Source of the DNA: Macrostomum lignano | Lineage: Eukaryota | Reading direction: 5' to 3' | Length of the DNA stretch: 64,000 bases | Assembly: GCA_002269645.1 (NCBI GenBank) | Contig: NIVC01002067.1 | Coordinates: 143,383 to 207,382 of the forward strand | Shown here: positions 37,301 to 64,000 of the stretch, piece after piece | Layout of the letters: each line of letters starts with the position of its first letter | How positions within the stretch are numbered: position 1 is the first letter of the stretch | Notes under the pieces: generated by a model | The model's input: the letters and a program-made list of their open reading frames with translations, nothing else | The model's database searches: none | Told to the model about the DNA's origin: nothing | Program-made: the position numbers and the translations under genes

Positions 37301-38767
37301 TTCCATTCAGTTCTACCACAGCTTCGTATTGACCTAATACCGTGAACTTGTGATCACTTAGATAGCCACCCAGTTGTGTATTTGAGTTCTTAAGAGCTGG
37401 TCGACCCAACTGTTTCCAGAGGGATTCTGACATTATGGACACACCCGCTCCAGTATCCAGCTCGCATGTCAGCGCGTATCTCTTTTGCCCTTCTAGTACG
37501 GACACTGTGATGGAGATAGGCTTTCGGTGATCCCGATCTGGGCAGCAACTTTGCACTTCAGCGACAAATACTTCGGAATTTTCTTGAACATGTTTTACTG
37601 TTGATTTACTCGTGCCACCGGTCTTTCTATGTGAAAAGTCTGAGCCTCTGCAGGCTTTGGCAAAATGATTAGTCTTGCCACACCGGTTGCAGGTCTTACC
37701 ATACGCCGGGCATTTAAACTTTTCATGATTGCCGCCACACTTCTTGCACAGCCGATCCGCCACTGCCGGAGTTTTGAAATCCTTCGACTTGGACCCTGGT
37801 TTCGCGTTGAGACTTTCAGAACTGTTCCAGAATCTGATTTCGGAGTTGTCTTCATTATCTGCGTTTCCAGCAAACTTGAATGGGCTTCTGCTTCTGCTAC
37901 CGCCTCTTTAAATGTGAGTGTTTTATGATCCTTGATGATCAGCTTTCCAACTATGGCTTGACTGCCAAGACCGCATATGAATTGGTCACGCATTCTCACA
38001 TCTCTGTTTTCAAACTCACATTTCTCAGATGCTTTTATTAGTCTTTCTGCAAAAGCTCTTACCGGCTCATTGGGTTCACGGCCAATTTTTTGAAATGTAA
38101 ATCTTTCGGCCAACACATATGTCGTGGGTATTAACAGTTCTTGTAGTGCTCCTGTTAGTTCCTCAAACGACATCATGCCAGGCTTTTTTGGAGACACATA
38201 GTCCGCTAGCTTATTGTAGAGAGCAGGTGACATTCGCATCAGCAGGACATGAGCTCGTGCAGATGCGTCCCAGTTAAATAGGGTGGCTCCGATCTCAAAA
38301 CCGTCGAGCCAACGATCCAGAATGGTTGACTCCTCCAACCTTTCAATCTCAGACATACCTGAGGTTTGGCGACTGCTCTGAGTGGCGTTCTGGGCTTGAG
38401 CATCCCTTTCAATTGCTTGGGACTGTGACCGGTTTTGAGAACCTCCTCCATTACGGCTTGGAGAGATCCCAGCAGACTTGGCCGCTGACTTCGTCGGATC
38501 TGCAGACTTCGTCGGATCCTTGCTCATTATGAGCTTGAACGTCTGACCGTCAGGTTACGATTGCTTGCGACGCCACTGTTATGACTTCTTCTCTAGCGGA
38601 AGACAGTGAGTCAAGATCAACAAGGTCAACTTAAAAGTTGCACTCTTAGCAGAGCGTCCTATTTCATGTTCGTAACGTTTCTTTTTATTTTCCAAGCTTG
38701 AAGCATCGCTTCTTTAGCTTATGGCTGGGTGTGTGTGCGACGGAGTCGTCTATGGCCACACCCAACA
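34362..38767 (-). mobile_element. Inner nested Ty3/Gypsy LTR retrotransposon (4406 bp)
   Basis: 191-bp LTRs 34362-34552 and 38577-38767 with 2 mismatches, TSD CCATC, PBS TGGCGTCGCAAGCA and PPT ending GTAAGGGGGAGA. Confidence 0.97.
34768..38527 (-). pseudogene. pol: Inner element gag-pol (Gag, CCHC knuckles, PR, RT, RH, IN), broken by two frameshifts and one nonsense codon
   Basis: Motifs CxxCGxxNHxxxxC, LDTGA, YMDD, EREALAI, HxxHxG...C..C, HIDFAGP, SDNGP and SNGVAER. Breaks at about 37808, 36645-36647 (TAA) and about 36343. Confidence 0.92.
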
Positions 38768-38772
38768 CCATC

Positions 38773-41700
38773 CACTTCGAATGAGCGTCCACGATCACCA
38801 GAAGCATTTTTCCTTCTACCGGACCAGCAAAGTCGAGATGAAGACGCGACCAGGGTCTGTCCGGCCATGCCCATGGGTGCAGCGGAACCGGCGCCGGTGA
38901 CTTCAGCAGCTCACGGCACTCGGAGCACGCACTGGACAGGTGCTCAATGGATTCATCCAGCTTTGGCCACCAGAAAAAACTGCGGGCGAGCGCCTTCATT
39001 CTAGAGGCGCCCTGGTGTCCTTGGTGCAGGCACTGCAGAAGCGCCGAGCGGCCAGCTTGCGGTATCACCACTCTTGTGCCCCAGAGGAGACAGCCATCTT
39101 GGACACTCAGCTGATTAGCCCGATTTTTGAACGGCTGTAGCTCTTGAGTTACTCGCTCGGGCCAGTAGCCAGACTCGGTGAACTGCAGCACCTTGGACAG
39201 GATCGGGTCCGTTCTAGTCAAAGCTCGAATGTCTCCGGCAGTCACTGGTTCCTCATCAAGCGTGTCCATGACTAGCACCACATCGGCTGGTGTCGGTGCC
39301 TTTGCTGGTCTCTCTGGCAGCGGCAGTCGACTCAGCGCGTCCGCACGGAGCAGCGACCGACCCGATCGGTGCTCCATCGTGTAGCTGTAGCCTGCCAGGA
39401 TGAGCGCCCACCTTTGAATTCGACCGGATGCCATTGCTGGAATCGGCTTGGACTCGTGTAGCAGACCCAATAGCGGTTTGTGGTCGCTGATCAGTGTAAA
39501 CTTCCGGCCGTACAGATACGCATGAAACCGCTTCACTCCGAAAATGACCGCCAGAGCCTCTTTGTCCAACTGGGAGTACCTGGTCTCAGCATCGTGCAAA
39601 GAGCGCGAAGCGAACGCGATCGGCTGATCGATACCATCAATCCGATGACTGATGACCGCTCCGACGCCGTAGGGCGACGCGTCGCACTCCAGGATCAGCG
39701 GCTTACTTTCGTCGAAGTGCGCGAGGACCGGCGCTTTGCTGAGAAGCGACTTGCACTTCCTAAATGCGGTCTCCTGTTGAGTGCCCCAGCGCCACTGGGC
39801 ACCTTGGTTGAGCAGACGATGCAGCGGCGACAGCTCCGCGGATAAGTTGGGCATGAAATTCCCGTAATAGTTGACAAGTCCAAGAAAACTGCGAAGCTGT
39901 GTCACGTCTCGTGGTGCTGGAGCGTCGGCGATGGCACGAACCTTGTCCGGTAGCGGATGCAGGCCGGCAGCGTCCATCCGGTGGCCTAGATAGCTGACAC
40001 TGTCCTGCATGAAGTCGCACTTGCTCAGGCCGCAGCGCAGTCCGCTTTGGTGCAATTTCTTGAGCACTGACTCTAGTGAGCGCAGGTGAATTTCGTCGTC
40101 AACACCGGTGATGATCAGATCGCCGATAAAACAGGCGACATGCGGAATCGACTGCAGCAGATTGTCCATGTGTCGTTGGAAAATACCGACGGCCGGAGCA
40201 ACTCCAAAAGGCAGACGGGTGTAGCGCAGAAGGCCTTTGGACGTGTTAAATGTACAAATCCCTTGGGCTGCTTCGTCCAGTGGCAGTTGAGAATAGGCTT
40301 GCGACAAGTCGAGCTTCGTAAATTTTTTCCCACCTGCCAGCTTAGCAAAAAGCTCTTCGATTCTCGGTAGCGGATATTTGTCAGGTTCAACACAGAGATT
40401 TACCGTTTGTTTGAAGTCGGCACAGATGCGTATTGAACCGTCCGACTTGAGCACTGGCACAATCGGCGAGGCGTAGTCCGAGTTGTTGACTGGTCTGAGC
40501 ACACCTTGCTCAATTTCCTTGTCGAGCTGAGCCTCCACCTTAGTCTTAAGAGCAAACGGGACGTTGCGTGCCTTGAAAAATCGAGGCCGGGCCCCGGCTT
40601 TCAGATGCAGCTGCACAGGCGGTCCGTTGTACTTGCCGAGTCCCGGCTCGAAAACCTCGGCATACTGGTCCAGCAGGGCGCGGATTCCAGGGTGCTCACT
40701 GTCTTTTCGCACCTGGTTGATGCTGCGCCAGTCCAGCGGCAAACATGCCAGCCAGTCACGGCCGATCAGGTTCGAACCAGAGCCCTCGACTACGAGCAGT
40801 GGAAGCTCCTTGGCAGCTCCGGCAGCTTGCACTCGGACGGTAATTTTACCTAGCAGGGGGACCGGCTCTCCTGAGTAGGTGCGCAGCTTAGTGTTGGCAG
40901 GTTCTAGCTTTGGTCCTTCCCGCAGCTCTGAGCGAAATGTTTCTGAAGATATGAGCAAGACAGATGCACCCGTGTCGACCTCCATCCGAACTGGCGTGCC
41001 TTCGATGATGACCGTGGTCTCGATCGGTGGAATCTTCCCACACCGTTCAGCCATCACGTGCAGCGAATGTGCCTCTTCTTCATCGACCTCAACCTCTCTC
41101 ACATTATGGTCCATGCGACGATTCGAACCCGCAGGAGACTTACAGGCAGCAGCCGTATGGCCCACCTTCGAACAGTTGAAGCACTTCTTGTCAGCAAACG
41201 GGCACTTCGCCGCGACGTGCCGCTGCGACCGGCAACGAAAGCAGCGTCCAGTGGACTGTGGCTGGTGTGCTATCTGAAAGGCGTCCTGACTCGCAGATTT
41301 CATCACGAGAAGATTGCCCTCAGCGGCCGACGCTTGAGCCTGCGCCAGAGATATTGCGGTTTCGAGAGTCAGCTTCTTCTCCGAAAGAAGCCTTCGCTGG
41401 ATGTTGTCGTCAGCGATGCCAAGCACGAGCCGGTCTCTGATCATGTCATTCAGGCTGCCGCCGAAGTTGCAGTCCCGTGCCAGTCTGCGAAGATCCGCGA
41501 GAAAATCCGCAATCGATTCACCAACTTGGCGACTCCTGGAGTAGAAACGGTAACGTAGCACGATCTCAGGGGGCTCAGGGTCGAAATTCTCTTTCAGCTT
41601 AGCGCAGATCGCTGTGTAGCTGGACTGGGCAGGCGACTCTGGAGACAGCAGGCTGGCAAGCAACTGATACGTCTTCTTGCCGCAGAAGCTAAGGAGAACG

Positions 41701-41819
41701 GCACGCTTCTTCTCTTCTTTGATATCATTGGCCTCAAAATACTGCTCCAGTCTTTCTTGGTACTGAATCCACTTTTCAGTGCCCTCTTCATAGAGTTCTA
41801 TTGAGCCAACCAAGCTCAT
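38773..41819 (-). pseudogene. pol: Outer element single-ORF gag-pol up to the integrase insertion point
   Basis: Two zinc knuckles, VDTGA protease, RT, RNase H (LDKEALA), integrase HHCC and HLDFAGP. The RT catalytic motif reads FIGD instead of FIDD. Confidence 0.93.
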
Positions 41820-42979
41820 GCCTCGTCGCCACTGTAAAGACTTCACTTAGTTTGCGTGGCAGAAAGATGCTTATGCGATAGCACGATAAATCATTCATAT
41901 ATGTATTTGTCGAAATAGTATTTTAACCGATCAATAATTTGGGGAATGTAAAATAGACATATTAGTCACGTGCACGTACGCACAAAAGAACAAGCGAAGG
42001 AGAGAGTTGAAGGGCACGATGGTAAAGTGTACGCAGCAACCCCCAGCACCCCACACAACACAAACCAAGTCACTACACTCTTCCTCTCTCACCCTCTTCC
42101 TCTCTCACCCTCTTCCTCTCTCCCCATCTTCCTCTCTCACCCTCTTCCTCTCTCACCCTCTTCCTCTCTCACCCTCTTCCTCTCTCACCCTCTTCCTCTC
42201 TCACCCTCGTCCTCTCTCACCCTCTTCCTCTCTCACCCTCTTCCTCTCTCACCCTCTTCCTCTCTCACCCTCTTCCTCTCTCCCCATCTTCCTCTCTCAC
42301 CCTCTTCCTCTCTCACCCTCTTCCTCTCTCACCCTCTTCCTCTCTCACCCTCTTCCTCTCTCCCCATCTTCCTCTCTCCCCATCTTCCTCTCTCCCCATC
42401 TTCGTCTCTCCCCATCTTCCTCTCTCACCATCTTCCTCTCTCCCCATCTTCCTCTCTCACCATCTTCCTCTCTCACCATCTTTCTCTCTCCCCATCTTCC
42501 TCTCTCCCACGCTTCCTCTCTCCCCTCTTCCTTTCTCCGTGTCTGTTTTGTCTAGCCTCTCACCTGCCCAAAACTCGACAGTAGCTATACATTACACTCG
42601 GTGACTTGCGTTGCCAAAAAATGCAGCGCGCTTTGAACCACTCGAATCACAAGAAAGCATTTTGTTATTTACCAAAAAGCGTCAGTTTTAAAAGTTCTGT
42701 GGCTATAAATCTGCTATACAATGCCTGCAGAAGGTTGTAAATTTATCGAACTGTTTTATCATTGTACCTAAATTGCATTGGCACGAGTATTGCATATTAG
42801 CGAACCGCTGAAACTGCAGGTGCTATTTGAATGTTTCAGAATGGAATTTAATGACAGAAGTCTATCCAAACCCTGTTTATATACTTCGTAGTTAAATAGC
42901 ATTTCTGGCATCAACGTCTTCTACATACAAGCACTTATGCATCATTTGCCACTTATTTCCGCAACTTATATTGATGATT

Positions 42980-43735
42980 TTAGCTTCATAAAGTTATATA
43001 CGCCTCATATTGGTCTTATGAAAAATCTCGTCATTTTAAGAAATTAAAAAAATAATTTTAGCTTCATAAAGTTATATACGCTACATACTGGTATTATAAA
43101 ATTCGTTATTGAAAAGGATTTTTTTAAAACATACTTAATAGATTTAGCTTTATAAAGTTTTTACGCTACATATCGATATTGTAAATTTTTTTGAAAAGGA
43201 ATTTTTTAAAAACTTAATAATTTTAGCTTCATAAAGTTATTTACGCTACATATCGGTATTTTAAATTTTTTTGAAAAGGTATTTTTTAAAAAACTTAATA
43301 ATTTTAGCTTCATAAAGTTATTTACGCTACATATCGGTATTTTAATTTTTTTTTGAAAAGGTATTTTTTAAAACACTTTAATTTTAGCTTCATAAAGTTA
43401 TTTACGCTACATATCGGTTTTGTAAAATTTTTTGAAAAGGAATTTTTTAAAATACTTAATATTAGCTTCATAAAGTTATTTACGCTACATATCGGTTTTG
43501 TAAAATTTTTTGAAAAGGAATTTTTTAAAATACTTAATATTAGCTTCATAAAGTTATTTACGCTACATATCGGTTTTGTAAACTTTTTTTGAAAAGGAAT
43601 TTTTTAAAACACTTTAATTTTAGCTTCATAAAGTTATTTACGCTACATATCGGTTTTGTAAACTTTTTTTGAAAAGGAATTTTTTAAAACACTTTAATTT
43701 TAGCTTCATAAAGTTATTTACGCTACATATCGATA
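42980..43735. repeat. AT-rich tandem repeat of about 78 bp, 9-10 copies
   Basis: Unit TTAGCTTCATAAAGTTATTTACGCTACATATCGGTTTTGTAAAATTTTTTGAAAAGGAATTTTTTAAAATACTTAATA. Confidence 0.92.
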
Positions 43736-45204
43736 GTGAAGCATGCAAAGTTTACTTTCACAATTACCCTAGCATCCGCTCTAATCTCTTCTAGAAGTTA
43801 AAAAAATAAAGCCAAGAGCTAAGCCGGCCACTTGCATAATCGCAATTCATTTGCACCGCTAGATTAGAAATAAGGCAATTTTATATTTTCTGGCGTAGAA
43901 AAATAGATAAAATAACGCAATCATCAGAACTGGCTCTTCAGGAATTGAACAAGGATTTTCCAGTTACTGGAAATAAAATTCACAGTGGTAACTGGAATTC
44001 TTTCGCATTTTGCTTCTCTGCAATACTGTATTGTAGAAAGCGAAATTGTTAATAAAAATATATGAACTTGATAATTAGAGAATATCTGTTCTTGTTTTGC
44101 TCGATAAACCACCGATATTTTGACCTTATTAAAAAACGAGACCTGGGATATTGAGGGTTGGAATAAATAACAACACACAATCGGGAATCATTGGTTGCAG
44201 CATAAAAATTAGCTCAGGCTGGCAAAAATTATGGATGGATGGCACAGTAAAGAGACACGGAAAATACATGTAAATAGACATTATTCTATGTACATCACAG
44301 CCAGGATTTCACCATAAAAAACTAACTAAATGATGGAAAAGAAGTTAACAGGTTTTTTGGTTTGTTTTTTTCTGCAAGAAAATAAGTTTATATAAATTTG
44401 AGCACAGAAACTACTTACACTGAGTAGTTAGTATGCGCATGCCAAAAGCAGCGACATAACTAGAGTAAGTTCATAAAGTCATTTCTTGGAAAATTAACAG
44501 AAAATGAAATAACAAAAAAAACATGCAGCGCTGCTTATACGGCACAGAAAACATGACAGTAATAATCGAAAATAAATAACAATCCTGCAATTCTCAGCAT
44601 TTCATAAATAAACAGGCTAACATGTTATTCAGTAGAATAGTTTGGCTAATTTTATAGCACCGTTTAATTTTAATTCACAATCAGAATCTGTTGAAAATTC
44701 AGTTAGATCCATAGTGCCCTACTAATAAATGATTTGGTAAGTAGTGTACACCGATTATCAGCGGTAGTTTTTAGTTTGCAACCGCGAAAAGATAATCAGT
44801 CAACCCGTTCTTTAACTTTAATAAATTTTACCTGCACTTTCAACAGCACATAGACAATAATAATTTTGAAATCTCTGTATTAATACTACTAAATTTGAGC
44901 AGATTCCAGTAGTATATACTTATTTAAACTCGCTCGTCTGCCTGGTAAGCGGGATTCGACGCTCCGGCCACGCTATGGCGCGGAGTTACATATACGGCGC
45001 TCATCTCCATGTCTCTCGGGTCTGCAGTAGAAAAAAATTTTATTTTATTTTAACGCAGATTTTCTTTGCTCTACTGCGAGTAGAGTAATAGCAAATTTAT
45101 TGAGCTGTTTTATGAATATATAAATAATACCAGAAAAAGTAACTTTTACCAAGAAAATAAATTCAGTTTTTCAGAGTTCAAAAAGCCTGGAAAATAAAAG
45201 ATGA

Positions 45205-46710
45205 CATAATAGGAGTGAGAGAGAGAGAGTGAGACAGTCACAATAAGTAACTGTGAGACCGTCACAGTGAGAGTGAGAGTGAGACAGTCACAGGGAGAGT
45301 GAGAGTGAGACAGAGTGAGAGTGAGACAATCACAGGGAGAGTGAGAGTGAGACAGCCAAAGAGAGAGAGTGAGACAGTCACAGTGAGAGTGAGAGTGAGA
45401 CAGAGTGAGAGTAAGACAGTCACAGTGAGAGTGAGAGTGAGACAGTCACAGTGAGAGTGAGAGTGAGACAGTCACAGTTGGAGTGAGAGTGAGACAGTCA
45501 CAGTGAGAGTGAGACAATCACAGTGAGAGTGAGAGTGAGACAGTCACAGTGAGAGTGAGACAGTCACAGTGAGAGTGAGACAATCACAGTGAGAGTGAGA
45601 GTGAGACAGTCACAGTGAGAGTGAGACAGTCACAGTGAGAGTGAGACAGTCACAGTGAGAGTGAGACAATCACAGTGAGAGTGAGAGTGAGACAGTCACA
45701 GTGAGAGTGAGACAGTCACAGTGAGAGTGAGACAATCACAGTGAGAGTGAGAGTGAGACAGTCACAGTGAGAGTGAGATAATCACAGTGAGAGTGAGAGT
45801 GAGACAGTCACAGTGAGAGTGAGACAGTCACAGTGAGAGTGAGACAGTCACAGTGAGAGTGAGACAATCACAGTGAGAGTGAGAGTGAGACAGTCACAGT
45901 GAGAGTGAGACAGTCACAGTGAGAGTGAGAGTGAGACAATCACAGTGAGAGTGAGACAGTCACAGTGAGAGTGAGACAGTCACAGTGAGAGTGAGACAAT
46001 CACAGTGAGAGTGAGAGTGAGACAATCACAGTGAGAGTGAGACAGTCACAGTGAGAGTGAGACAGTCACAGTGAGAGTGAGACAATCACAGTGAGAGTGA
46101 GAGTGAGACAGCCACAGTGAGAGTGAGATAATCACAGTGAGAGTGAGAGTGAGACAGTCACAGTGAGAGTGAGACAGTCACAGTGAGAGTGAGACAGTCA
46201 CAGTGAGAGTGAGACAATCACAGTGAGAGTGAGAGTGAGACAGTCACAGTGAGAGTGAGACAGTCACAGTGAGAGTGAGAGTGAGACAATCACAGTGAGA
46301 GTGAGACAGTCACAGTGAGAGTGAGACAGTCACAGTGAGAGTGAGAGTGAGACAGTCACAGTGAGAGTGAGAGTGAGACAATCACAGTGAGAGTGAGACA
46401 GTCACAGTGAGAGTGAGACAGTCACAGTGAGAGTGAGACAATCACAGTGAGAGTGAGACAGTCACAGTGAGAGTGAGACAATCACAGGGAGAGTGAGAGT
46501 GAGACACTCACAGTGAGAGTGAGACAGTCACAGTGAGAGTGAGAGTGAGACAATCACAGTGAGAGTGAGACAGTCACAGTGAGAGTGAGACAGTCACAGT
46601 GAGAGTGAGACAATCACAGTGAGAGTGAGACAGTCACAGTGAGAGTGAGACAATCACAGCGAGAGTGAGAGTGAGACAGTCACAGTGAGAGTGAGACAGT
46701 CACAGTGAGA
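45205..46710. repeat. 20/26-bp minisatellite
   Basis: GAGAGTGAGACAGTCACAGT with an optional extra GAGAGT. Confidence 0.95.
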
Positions 46711-46856
46711 GGTGCAGACAAGGGCATGTGGTCATGAGTAGTACGGTCTCGTAGTACCAGATACAGAGGAAAGTGCCATAGAGAATTTTAAAAAGTGCAC
46801 AGTGCCCCATAGATGGCGACAGACTTCCATCTTGTGTACTTTTAACATTTTCTCTG

Positions 46857-64000
<17,144 letters not shown>

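Larger units (their letters stand above)
33202..42077 (-). mobile_element. Outer Ty3/Gypsy (Mag-type) LTR retrotransposon, about 4.47 kb without the nested element
   Basis: LTRs 41833-42077 and 33202-33453 (TG...CA), TSD CTCTT on both sides, PBS TGGCGACGAGG (41831-41821; complementary to the 3' end of metazoan tRNA-Ser(GCU)) and PPT GTTGGGGAGGAG (33465-33454). Confidence 0.97.

Noticed and set aside
37790-37815. Programmed -1 ribosomal frameshift in the inner Gypsy element
   Set aside because: No slippery heptamer, the shift falls inside Gag before the zinc knuckles, and the related outer element has a single ORF.
38685-38772. C-terminal extension VLGVAIDDSVAHTPSHKLKKRCFKLGK of the 1053-aa ORF
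   Set aside because: Read-through into the inner LTR; the same peptide appears from the other LTR at 34470-34552.

Overview
Eukaryotic, repeat-dense genomic DNA from an invertebrate animal. The minisatellite-filled introns, CORE-type SINE and Mag-type Gypsy elements would fit a free-living flatworm such as Macrostomum, but that assignment is only a guess. Three host genes could be reconstructed by hand from splice sites and reading phase. (1) A two-exon CD164/porimin-family sialomucin on the + strand (11817-13447). (2) 'RPTP-B', a complete 8-exon receptor tyrosine phosphatase on the - strand (31612-17576) with signal peptide, Ser/Thr/Ala mucin stalk, 2 FN3 domains, TM and one PTP domain. (3) 'RPTP-A', a long R3-type multi-FN3 single-domain RPTP on the - strand (>64000 to about 46857) whose 5' part carries several 1-nt frameshifts. 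Mobile DNA includes a 4.4-kb Ty3/Gypsy element nested in the integrase of another (both with LTRs, PBS, PPT and 5-bp TSDs), a truncated third Gypsy element, a non-autonomous hAT element with an 8-bp TSD, RNase H-bearing LINE fragments, a tRNA/CORE SINE and two LTR-like promoter-bearing segments. By eye about 30% of the window is tandem repeat. Main oddities: the 307-bp catalytic exon is identical between the two otherwise diverged RPTP paralogs; some intronic tandem arrays are amplified copies of the adjacent splice donor or acceptor; and an antisense FN3 exon sits between inverted 16-bp arrays in intron 1 of RPTP-B. All coordinates and counts were read manually.
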